Shown: positions 55,703 to 64,000 of the stretch, in pieces
Layout: every line of letters begins with the position of its first letter
How positions within the stretch are numbered: the stretch's first letter is position 1
Virus record (IMG/VR): IMGVR_UViG_3300020122_000238
Coordinates: 62,001 to 126,000 of that record
Direction: 5' to 3' (one strand)
Length of the DNA stretch: 64,000 bases
The notes under the pieces: model-generated
The model's database searches: none
The model's input: the letters and a program-made list of their open reading frames with translations, nothing else
What the model was told of the DNA's origin: nothing
Program-made: the position numbers and the translations under genes

Positions 55703-55999
55703 ATGCCTCGTTTTACTCCTGACCCCAATAGGCCTTTTGGCGTCGTCTATGGTCTATATGATCCCGTAACCGGAGAACTTCGGTACATTGGACAGACCAC
55801 AAGATCGCTGAAGATGCGTCTATGGGCACACCTTACCCCATCGAATCTTAGGGGGTCCAGGTATGTGGATCGTTATGATATCGCAACAGAAGATATCATA
55901 ACGATGATCCGACAGGGGGTCTCAAGACGCGAAATTGCTAAGCGATTGGGAGTTGGGGTGCGATTTGTTGGGAAGAGACTCCAGAAGGCGGGCATCTGA
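55703..55999 (+). pseudogene. Internally deleted GIY-YIG homing endonuclease (partial nuclease fused to C-terminal HTH)
   Basis: GVVYGLYDP...RYIGQTTRSLKMRL..H followed directly by SRREIAKRLGV; only 98 aa, catalytic Glu helix apparently missing. Confidence 0.65.
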
Positions 56000-56817
56000 T
56001 GGCTCGGTTTACAAAAGATCCAAACCGTGTGAATCTCACCGTCAGTCAAACTGGACGGGAGTACAATTTGCGTCTTCAACAAAGAGCGCAAAGTATATTC
56101 ACCACCTTATTGAATCTTTTGCCTTCTTCGTACATAAGTGCCATTCAAGGCCCGAATTATTCCATCGAACTCAAGGCGGTGGCCGTAGAGCTGGCTCGGA
56201 TCGAGCTAGCTTTGGAAGACGTCAACACGGATAGCTCCGTCGACACGACACGGCCCGACTTCCTCTACTCGATCGTCGGCTACCTCCTCTTCTTGAACGG
56301 CCGGCTCCCGCCCATGGACTTCTCTGACGAGGAGTTCCGGCAGTTCGTCATCAACCTCATCCGGATCTACTTTCAGGGGTCGATCCCCAAATCGATTTCG
56401 GACTTGACGAAGCTTCTCCTTTCGGGGGACGTACGAACGACGGAGAACTTCCTCCTCGTCCGTCAAGGGGCTTCGGGGTTAGATATCTCGGACCAGTTCG
56501 GTTTTGGTGTTGACGTGGTCATCCCTGTTGGTGGCCAGCTTCCGACGAACATGTTCCAGGTTGATGCCACGCTAAGGATGCTCCTCGACATCATTCGGCC
56601 GGCGCACACCCTCTTCAGGATCCGGTACATCTTCCAGGATCCGATTATCCCCAATGGGGATACCACGGGCACCATCATTGACAGCATGCGTTGGGCTCTC
56701 GCGAACTACTACTACGAGGATTTCCGGTCCTATTGGGGTGGGGTTCGGAATCGTGACCGGCTTGGGATGAAGCAAAATCAAGCCGTGTCCGCTGAAGATC
56801 ATTCGAAGGATTTCTGA
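55999..56817 (+). CDS. Baseplate wedge protein (P2 gpI/gp7-like)
   Basis: DFLYSIVG...DEEFRQFV..LIRIYFQGS...LLDIIRPAHT. Confidence 0.65.
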   Translation: MARFTKDPNRVNLTVSQTGREYNLRLQQRAQSIFTTLLNLLPSSYISAIQGPNYSIELKAVAVELARIELALEDVNTDSSVDTTRPDFLYSIVGYLLFLNGRLPPMDFSDEEFRQFVINLIRIYFQGSIPKSISDLTKLLLSGDVRTTENFLLVRQGASGLDISDQFGFGVDVVIPVGGQLPTNMFQVDATLRMLLDIIRPAHTLFRIRYIFQDPIIPNGDTTGTIIDSMRWALANYYYEDFRSYWGGVRNRDRLGMKQNQAVSAEDHSKDF

Positions 56818-56822
56818 CCTTC

Positions 56823-59800
56823 ATGTCTACGACCTTGAACCAGGTTCTCTACACGTCTTCGTCAGGGATTGACGCGCAGAGCATCTTCACGGACCGGGGA
56901 CCCATCTCCAAGCCCCCGCTTGTCCTTGCGACGGGGACAGGGGCCACCCTCGATTCGTACACCACCGTGACGTTGCCGGGGGCCAATGTCCTCCCCGCCT
57001 ATGTCGGCCTCGAAGTCAAGCTGACGTCGGCGTTGAATGGCGGGTCGTATCGTATCGCAGCAAGACTCAGCGCCACCAAGGTCCGCCTCCAGGTGTGCTT
57101 CATGCTGCCTGATGTGGAGACGGGGACGATTGCCTGGCAGATCATCGACCCCCGAGATGGCCAGATTGCAGATGACCCGAGTGATGTGACCGTGCTGGTC
57201 AACGGCTCTCCCGTCATCCCCGACGCGGTTGCTGGGCTCCTCGGGCAGATTGTTCTCCCCTTCGTCCCTACCCACGGAGATGATGTCAAGGTCGACTACT
57301 CGTGGATCCACAACCCTACGGTCGAGATTCGGGGGCTCAACTCCAAGGAGTTCAAGCTTAACAACTGGAATCGAGACAACGGGCAGCCTCCCATGGGGAA
57401 TGGGCACAAGTACCGTTACAACAACGTGCTTCTTGTCCCGGGCGACTACGTGGCAGCGGACATGCAGGCGGTGTTGGATCAGCCTCTCCAGCGGGACCTC
57501 AAATACCGAGCGTTCGAGCGAGCCTACACGCCGGTCCTGAACGATCCCAACCTGCTTCTCCTGAACTCCCCGACGCACAAGATCGCATTCCCTCCGCTTC
57601 AACGGGTGATCAACTCGACGTTCATCCCCTACCAGGCGCTTGTCCTCCCGGAGAACGACGTCAACCCTTGGGCTCGGATGGGTTCGGGGACGGCGGCCGT
57701 CGTTGCCCATGAGCTGATCGTCGGCGACACCTTGGGTGATGTCTTCCCTGGGGGACAGCCTCTTTTCTGGACGCGCTCGATTGACTTGACGTTCCCCCAC
57801 GTCTTCGCTGTGACGTGGCAGATGTACATCAACGCGACCCCCACGTTGGAAGGCGTGTTCTCGGGGGTGGTTGCGGGCTACTCAGACTTCGAGCGGGTGA
57901 TGGTCGTGGGCTACCTGAATGATGCAGGAACTCTCAAGATCGGATTCCTCATTGATGAGGAGGACCCGAGCCTCATCACGTCATGGTCTGGGGGCCTGGA
58001 TGGGAACGGAAACCCGACGGGCAGCCCGACTGTGTTCGACTGGACGGTGCTTCACTCCTACCGCATCTTCCGGGGGAAGGACCAAATCGTCCGCCTCTTC
58101 GTTGATGGTGCTGTGCTGGAGACGTTGAAGCTCGGGGAAGGGAGCTTCCCGTTCCTGAGTAGCCTTCCTGCACCGTTCGTGAGCTTGGAGGGGGTGTTCT
58201 TCGGGTCTCTGTCGATCGTGGCTACGAGCACGTCAACCTGGGATTTCGTCCGCTACTTGATTCTCCCGACGAACCCTGTTCAGACGGCTCCTTCGATTTT
58301 CGTCTCCTACGAGGGAACGAAGATCCCCGAAGTGGCTCCTGGAGCGTGGACGCCTGTGGGGGCGCACGGGACGGAGACGATTCTTGGGGGAGACTTCCTG
58401 CTTCTTGACTCCACAAGCGCGACAACGCCGTCTGTGGAAGCGCTCGCTGGGCTCATTGACGGAGACTTCCGAGGGTTCGTCCGGATCGAGCCTCTCCTTT
58501 CGTCGGCCGCTGATGTGGTCCTCGATGTGAACGTGCAACTCAGGACGTTCACCCACGGGGTCACCCCCAACGCTTTGATGGCAGCCATCGACGATGGGGA
58601 TCGTCTCGTCCAGCTCTGCTTCTTCTCGGATGTGGCCGCACCGAAGTTGAGCTACGGCGGCCGGACCTATCCGGACCAAGCGCAGCCCGTCTCGTGGACT
58701 TCGATGGGTACGGCGCCCGTACGGATGGTGGGACAGGTTCTTCGGATCTCAGACGCAGACACGAACGATGCTCGGGTCTACTTCGTTGACGACACGGCTC
58801 CCACGGGATCCCCCGATCGGGTCGTGGACGCATCGACGGACTTCATCCTTGAGTCTCGCCTCAAGGTCATCTCCTTCGTCCCCGATGGGGGAGGATTCGC
58901 TGGGGCGACGGCTCAGGTCTACGACGGCTCTCGTTCCCTTGGGTTTTTCCTTCAGGAATCGAGTGGGATCCGCTACGTCACGCTTCACTCGGATGGCGCT
59001 CCTGTGGTGGGAGGGCAGTTCGCTTTCGAGTGGAAGGATGGGGCGTTCCACACCTACCGGCTTGTCAAGAGTTTTGGGGGTGATCTTGTCACTCTGTTCG
59101 TCGATGGGATCTTCACAGGCACCGTCGCATACAGCGCGTGCCCTGTGGCTGTGGGGCCTCCCGTTACAGACGGCACCATCTCTTTCGGGTCGTCAACCCC
59201 GGCGTCAATGCAGTCCACCTCCGTGGTTGACTGGGTATACACGAATGCCTGGCGGGTGCTCTCCAGCTTCCGTCGCTATGTGGGGATCTGGAAGGGGTTT
59301 GATTCGGACGCCTTGACGGGCTACCACCTCCCCCTCAAAGGCTTGGGAAGGGATGTCCACGTCGTCGGGAACGTCATCACGGATTCCCTCACGGACTTCT
59401 TTGCTTTGGGGGTGGTGGCTGGAGATCGCTTCATCATCGACGCAGGTCCCAACAAGGGGGTCTACACGATTCAGGCCGTGCCGAATTCCACAACCCTCAC
59501 CTTGGCCTCGATCATCGTCAACCAGCCCTCGACGGCTAGTTACCGGATCCCCAAGGAAACGGATTGGGCGGTCGCCAGCAAGTACCGAATCATGCGCAGC
59601 CCAGCTGGGGACGTTGAAGTTTACCAGGGGATGACCCAGCTCATCGAGCTGGGGTACAACACGATCGACCTTCCCTCGACCTCCGTTGGAATCCCCAGGA
59701 TTCTGGCCGGAGGTCTTCCGTCTATCGTTTTTGGGGCCTTCGACCCGACGAACATCTCCCAATCTGCCTGGGATTTCGTTCGCTATGGGATCACCCGCTC

Positions 59801-60743
59801 TCCTACAGAGCTGCGGATCGTCCCCCATCACCAAGTCTCGAACCAGCGGAACGTCATGGCCTCCCCGGAGCACTTGACGACGAGCCTTCCGCACTCCCAC
59901 ACGGACTTCTGGAGCAGCTCGACGGGCATTCCTCCGGCGATCGACCCTGACTTCCTCCAGAATGCGGGGCTCATTGCCTTCACCCTGCTGAACGAGAAGA
60001 CCCCGCTGGTTCCCTCGACACAGACTGCGGAGGTCCGGCACCCCGTGACCATCATGGAACCCATCACAGGGCTCAACAAGCCGGAGGACGTGCTCAACAC
60101 AGACTCCGACTTCAAGCTCAACGATGGGGCATTCCGGTTCCGCTACGCTGTCCCGGATGACGTGCTGTACAACTCTCTCCAGGTCATCGAGACCACCACA
60201 GGGCTCCCGAACCTCATCGCCCCCGTGGACGACCTTCTTTCGGACATCGGGGCCTTCAACTGGCAAGACGAGGTGTGTCTGGTGTACACGGGGGATGTCC
60301 TTCCCGAGCTGGACGCAACAGCTTCTACTCCGTGGGTTTTCGCCTCCGATGATGCCTCCCATGTCACCCGGTCATCCTTCTCCGGGATTCTCACCTACGG
60401 GACCGATGGGACTGGGACCCGGACCCTCTATCGGAACGCCACGCCTCTTCCGGACTCCCCGAGCTTGGAGACCGAGTTCAAGTTCCGCTTCAAGGTTCTC
60501 AGCGACTCGACTGGCGGAACGGGGGACTCCCAGATTCGAGTGGGCTTCTCAGCTCCCGGGATGACCATCTCGTTGGCCTTCGTCACCTCTTCCCTCGGAG
60601 AGCGGTACATCCTGGTCAAGGATGTGAGATCCGATACGGTGGTCGGCGGGGCTCCTTTCGACTTCCTCGATGGGGAGTTCCATACGTACCGGCTCGTCCG
60701 TAGTCCAGGCGAGGGTACGGTCACCATCTACATCGACGGGTAA
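56823..60743 (+). CDS. Large baseplate/receptor-binding protein with repeated lectin/LamG-like beta-sandwich domains
   Basis: Repeated units ending F(D/E)W..FH(S/T)YR(I/L)......V.LFVDG. Confidence 0.65.
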   Translation: MSTTLNQVLYTSSSGIDAQSIFTDRGPISKPPLVLATGTGATLDSYTTVTLPGANVLPAYVGLEVKLTSALNGGSYRIAARLSATKVRLQVCFMLPDVETGTIAWQIIDPRDGQIADDPSDVTVLVNGSPVIPDAVAGLLGQIVLPFVPTHGDDVKVDYSWIHNPTVEIRGLNSKEFKLNNWNRDNGQPPMGNGHKYRYNNVLLVPGDYVAADMQAVLDQPLQRDLKYRAFERAYTPVLNDPNLLLLNSPTHKIAFPPLQRVINSTFIPYQALVLPENDVNPWARMGSGTAAVVAHELIVGDTLGDVFPGGQPLFWTRSIDLTFPHVFAVTWQMYINATPTLEGVFSGVVAGYSDFERVMVVGYLNDAGTLKIGFLIDEEDPSLITSWSGGLDGNGNPTGSPTVFDWTVLHSYRIFRGKDQIVRLFVDGAVLETLKLGEGSFPFLSSLPAPFVSLEGVFFGSLSIVATSTSTWDFVRYLILPTNPVQTAPSIFVSYEGTKIPEVAPGAWTPVGAHGTETILGGDFLLLDSTSATTPSVEALAGLIDGDFRGFVRIEPLLSSAADVVLDVNVQLRTFTHGVTPNALMAAIDDGDRLVQLCFFSDVAAPKLSYGGRTYPDQAQPVSWTSMGTAPVRMVGQVLRISDADTNDARVYFVDDTAPTGSPDRVVDASTDFILESRLKVISFVPDGGGFAGATAQVYDGSRSLGFFLQESSGIRYVTLHSDGAPVVGGQFAFEWKDGAFHTYRLVKSFGGDLVTLFVDGIFTGTVAYSACPVAVGPPVTDGTISFGSSTPASMQSTSVVDWVYTNAWRVLSSFRRYVGIWKGFDSDALTGYHLPLKGLGRDVHVVGNVITDSLTDFFALGVVAGDRFIIDAGPNKGVYTIQAVPNSTTLTLASIIVNQPSTASYRIPKETDWAVASKYRIMRSPAGDVEVYQGMTQLIELGYNTIDLPSTSVGIPRILAGGLPSIVFGAFDPTNISQSAWDFVRYGITRSPTELRIVPHHQVSNQRNVMASPEHLTTSLPHSHTDFWSSSTGIPPAIDPDFLQNAGLIAFTLLNEKTPLVPSTQTAEVRHPVTIMEPITGLNKPEDVLNTDSDFKLNDGAFRFRYAVPDDVLYNSLQVIETTTGLPNLIAPVDDLLSDIGAFNWQDEVCLVYTGDVLPELDATASTPWVFASDDASHVTRSSFSGILTYGTDGTGTRTLYRNATPLPDSPSLETEFKFRFKVLSDSTGGTGDSQIRVGFSAPGMTISLAFVTSSLGERYILVKDVRSDTVVGGAPFDFLDGEFHTYRLVRSPGEGTVTIYIDG

Positions 60744-60748
60744 AGCGC

Positions 60749-61270
60749 ATGAGAACCCCGATCATTGTCAAGCTGAGCAGCTTCTCGGGGGTTGCTCAAG
60801 GGTTATTTTACGGGGCATCTCAGGGGCGAGTCTTCTTCTCGCCGGCCATGGAAACTGCGGCTGCGAACTCGGTCATTCAGATCGAAGAGGTCGACGTCTG
60901 CACGAAGGCGTACGACACCTACAAGTTCCCTGCCCTGGTTGACCCTGTCCCCCTATTCACGTACCCCCTGAACCCTGGGGTGACGTTCAGCCCGTCGCTG
61001 CTTGGGGCGGGTTCTGTTCTCTGGGCAAAGGCATCGAGGCTCTCGGAGGCCACCTTCGACTTCGGTTACGAGAACCCCGACACCTACGGCGGAGCAACCA
61101 GCTCCCGCGCAATTGCGACCATTTCCGAGCCCATCGACCCGACCAAGGTTTCATTGTTGAACAACGTCTACTGGACGTTGTTCGACGGCATCGGTCACCC
61201 ATTTATCACAGCGGCCAACCTATCTCCCATCGGTCCGGGGTCGACGACTGTTGTGACTCTCGAACCATAG
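60749..61270 (+). CDS. Hypothetical structural protein
   Basis: 173-aa ORF in operon. Confidence 0.65.
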   Translation: MRTPIIVKLSSFSGVAQGLFYGASQGRVFFSPAMETAAANSVIQIEEVDVCTKAYDTYKFPALVDPVPLFTYPLNPGVTFSPSLLGAGSVLWAKASRLSEATFDFGYENPDTYGGATSSRAIATISEPIDPTKVSLLNNVYWTLFDGIGHPFITAANLSPIGPGSTTVVTLEP

Positions 61271-61296
61271 ATTTCTCTTATCAGTGGGGACGAGTG

Positions 61297-61962
61297 ATGA
61301 CACTAAATGTGGACGTGTTCCCTTCTCCTATCTGGTCCGCTCCGCAGACCTCTGCTGTGAATCAGCTATGCGAGACGTTCGCGAATCCAGCTGAAAAAGG
61401 GCACTGGATCCGAGGCGATGTTTTCATCACCCTCCGTGACGGAGAGACCGACGAGATCCAAGACCAGCGAGAAGTTCGGAACCTCGTCGTTTTCGACGCT
61501 TCGATCCTGATTGCGAGGCTCCTCAAGAACAGCCAGGAGCCTCCCACGGGCATCTTCGCTCTTGCGGTTGGGACAGGGGACGTCGGCTGGAACCCGATGA
61601 GCCCGCCCGCTGCAACGAACACCCAACGGGCGCTCTTCTCTGAGCTGACGAGGAAGACGTTCACGACGACGACCTACATCGACGCCGGGGGTCTTCCTTC
61701 CTCCATCCCCACCAAGGTGGTCGACTACACGACCACCTACACGCAGTCGGAGGCAGTCGGCCCCCTTGTCGAGATGGGCCTCATCGGAGGGAACGTTTCC
61801 TCGAACCTCGCGATCAAGAACCCCGTCTCACCCCCCAATGGTGCGTACGACCCGACAGTGGACCTTTCTGGGAAGGAAACGTTGATTAACTATTTGTGCT
61901 TCCCAGTTATTAACAAACCTGCAACGTCAACCATGACGATTGTCTGGAGGTTGACGACCTGA
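61297..61962 (+). CDS. Tail fibre attachment/collar-like protein
   Basis: RNLVV...ALAVGTG...TQRALFSEL...EAVGPLVEMGLIG...INKP...IVWRL; late motif at 61268-61282. Confidence 0.65.
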   Translation: MTLNVDVFPSPIWSAPQTSAVNQLCETFANPAEKGHWIRGDVFITLRDGETDEIQDQREVRNLVVFDASILIARLLKNSQEPPTGIFALAVGTGDVGWNPMSPPAATNTQRALFSELTRKTFTTTTYIDAGGLPSSIPTKVVDYTTTYTQSEAVGPLVEMGLIGGNVSSNLAIKNPVSPPNGAYDPTVDLSGKETLINYLCFPVINKPATSTMTIVWRLTT

Positions 61963-61969
61963 GCGCACA

Positions 61970-62785
61970 ATGCCCTACAAAACCCCCATCGCTCGGAATG
62001 CCTACAGCAAAGCGTACTACCAGGATCACAAGGGCGTGATCAACGACCGTATGGTGGCCATCAACCGTCGCCGCCGTCACGATCGCTACGAGGAGATCCA
62101 GAAGCTCAAGGCCATGCCATGCACCGATTGTGAGCGGAGCTATGACGCCTACGTGATGGACTTCGACCACCGAGATCCGACACAGAAGACGATGGATGTG
62201 TCCCTCATGGTCAAGCGGATGTTTGCTTGGAAGACTGTTCTTGCCGAGATCGTCAAATGCGACATCGTTTGCGCGTGTTGCCATCGGAAGCGGACGTACC
62301 ACGGAGACAACAACTACCGCACACATCGCCATCTATTTAACATGGCGATCCTCAACGAGCTGAAGGCCACAACTCCATGCCTCGACTGTGGGGGCACTTT
62401 TCTCGCTTGCCAAATGGACTTCGACCACCTCGGCGCAAAGGTCTCCAATGTCGCCCGCCTGGTTCCTGGTCCACAGGAACCGCTTCTCGCTGAGATCCGG
62501 AAGTGCCACCTCGTCTGCGCCAATTGTCACCGCATTCGAGGCTTTACAGGCGTTCGTAAGGATGCCCCCGAGCACCCCGAGATGTTGATTGCTACTTTTC
62601 TGGAGATCGCTGCCCGCACCCCCTACCCCCAGGATGGACGACGAGCTGACTTCCCTTGGGCTCCTCTTGTAGGGACTATGCCTGACAAGGAGATTGCCAA
62701 AAATTCAGGAGTCTCGCAAGCCATGGTTGCATGGGTTCGTAGAAAGCGAAGGGTTCAACCCTTCAAGAGAGTGGCACCATGGTGA
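61970..62785 (+). CDS. HNH homing endonuclease with two tandem HNH domains and C-terminal HTH
   Basis: PCTDC...MDFDH...EIVKCDIVCACCHRKRT and PCLDC...MDFDH...EIRKCHLVCANCHRIR. Confidence 0.85.
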   Translation: MPYKTPIARNAYSKAYYQDHKGVINDRMVAINRRRRHDRYEEIQKLKAMPCTDCERSYDAYVMDFDHRDPTQKTMDVSLMVKRMFAWKTVLAEIVKCDIVCACCHRKRTYHGDNNYRTHRHLFNMAILNELKATTPCLDCGGTFLACQMDFDHLGAKVSNVARLVPGPQEPLLAEIRKCHLVCANCHRIRGFTGVRKDAPEHPEMLIATFLEIAARTPYPQDGRRADFPWAPLVGTMPDKEIAKNSGVSQAMVAWVRRKRRVQPFKRVAPW

Positions 62786-64000
62786 AGTACTTCGGAGCCG
62801 CGGTGAGCGGCTATCTGGATCCGTCAGGACGCAACTTCGAGTCGACCGTGAGCCAGGCCGGGAAGCCGGTTCTCGACAAGGAGCTGAACCTCGCAGAGGA
62901 CATCGCAGAGGGCTTTTCGCAAGGGCTCGCTCAGCGCATGCCTTCGGGCTGGCTTGCGGATGACTTTTTGGGGACGAGTAGCGCCTCCTCGGGCATCTTC
63001 ACGGCGAGCGTGGTCGCCAACCAGCTCGCGATGCCCAACAACCTCGTTGCACAGGTCAACGGCTGGACGTTCCTCATCGCCCATACCAACGCGAACGGGT
63101 CCAACAAGCTAGATATGGGAGCGGCTCCCGCTGGAGCTGGGGCCAACCGAACGGATCTCGTTGTCCTGGAAGTCTGGAGGGCTCTCATCTCGGCCTCCCC
63201 CAACGCAACGAACAAGAGCCCCGCGGGTCGCATCTGGAAAAACGGCAACGTCAAGGTCACCTCTGGCAACGACTTGGCGTTGAACTACGCCGACGACATT
63301 TTGGACGTCAACGTGGGGTTGGAGACCACCAAGAGGGTTCAGCTACAATACCGGCTGAGGGTCCTTCATGGGGTCGACCTTTTCGCAACCCCCTACGGGC
63401 TCGATGACCCGACTGTGGTCGCGAATTCAATCCCGACCAACGCGGCCACTCCGGATGGAGTGGCCACACTTTTCGCCTACGACAACCAATCACCGAGTGG
63501 CGACCCTGGTCTTTGGCTCGCCGGGGATGGGGACCCCACGAACACCTTGGGAACTGTGGATGGGTACATGTACGCCATCCCTCTCCTTGCGGTGTTCCGG
63601 CGGAACACCACGGCGTTTGCACGCAACACGAACCACAACGGAGGGGTCGCGAGCCCGGGGCCGAGTGATCGTCCGGATGGGCTTTTCCACGACATCTTTG
63701 CTGCAAAGGATGTCGCTGATCTCCGGCATGCTGTGAGTCCTTCAGGCTGGGACTACCGCGAACTCCTGGAGAAGAGCTTCAATGCGCTCCTCGATAACTC
63801 GATTCAGACGGATTGGACGTCGACCGTGATTGGTGGTGGATCCAATGGGCACACGGTCCTCTGGGCTGACTCGATTGGTATCTCGAACGCCAACGGCGGA
63901 GATGGGACAACGACTGGGTCGACACCTGGAGCAGCTTTCATTGGGGAGTTCGATGCTGCTCGGAGGTCGTTCTCGGATCGTGTGATCTACGAGATCATCA
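62779..64000 (+). CDS. Tail fibre/baseplate structural protein, 5' part (runs off the window)
   Basis: MVKYFGAAVSGYLDPSGRNFESTVSQAGKPVLDKELNL...RTDLVVLEVW...ETTKRVQLQYRLR; open to the end. Confidence 0.7.
   Translation, partial: MVKYFGAAVSGYLDPSGRNFESTVSQAGKPVLDKELNLAEDIAEGFSQGLAQRMPSGWLADDFLGTSSASSGIFTASVVANQLAMPNNLVAQVNGWTFLIAHTNANGSNKLDMGAAPAGAGANRTDLVVLEVWRALISASPNATNKSPAGRIWKNGNVKVTSGNDLALNYADDILDVNVGLETTKRVQLQYRLRVLHGVDLFATPYGLDDPTVVANSIPTNAATPDGVATLFAYDNQSPSGDPGLWLAGDGDPTNTLGTVDGYMYAIPLLAVFRRNTTAFARNTNHNGGVASPGPSDRPDGLFHDIFAAKDVADLRHAVSPSGWDYRELLEKSFNALLDNSIQTDWTSTVIGGGSNGHTVLWADSIGISNANGGDGTTTGSTPGAAFIGEFDAARRSFSDRVIYEII

Noticed and set aside
40038-60286. TGGTGTA copies inside coding regions (40038, about 60280)
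   Set aside because: No start codon 9-11 nt downstream; treated as background.
4858-60362. Long antisense ORFs (e.g. 4858..6660, 16789..18294, 18313..19986, 20795..22477, 25925..27352, 43898..45184)
   Set aside because: These are shadows of GC3-biased plus-strand genes, with no recognisable motifs.
1-64000. Alternative genetic code, or a bacterial eCIS/T6SS/tailocin locus
   Set aside because: All three stops terminate long coherent ORFs. Gene density, homing endonucleases, orphan small genes and the lack of host housekeeping genes fit a large phage, although no capsid or terminase is in this window.

Overview
A 64-kb segment of a large, GC-rich myovirus-type (contractile-tailed, probably jumbo) bacteriophage genome, read in the standard code and almost entirely on the + strand. 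It holds the tail and baseplate morphogenesis module: putative tail terminator, 1430-aa sheath, tube, two chaperone-like ORFs, tape measure, tube initiators (one with a CHAP-like domain), hub, spike, gp25-like, J-like and wedge proteins, and a fibre-like gene running off the end. About 16 kb of accessory genes separate sheath from tube. Also present are an actin-like ATPase, a Dps/ferritin-like protein, an extended UvrD helicase, a cyclic-phosphate-processing receiver domain, and five intact or decayed homing endonucleases. The main discovery candidate is at 13.7-15.0 kb. An uncharacterised 244-aa protein gene is followed by a probably separately promoted and terminated ~430-nt non-coding RNA built of two tandem circularly permuted tRNA-mimic (YrlA/Y-RNA-like) domains with 6-nt-periodic AG repeats; no Ro60 gene is in the window. 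Other signals: a shared terminal YDRR-(x)-A peptide tag on unrelated late proteins, a TGGTGTA-N9-11-ATG leaderless promoter motif, a second pyrimidine-rich late motif, a C-terminal-GG protein with a Cys-containing partner, and RBS-sequestering hairpins in front of homing endonucleases. All assignments come from reading motifs by eye; no database searches were run and the host cannot be determined.
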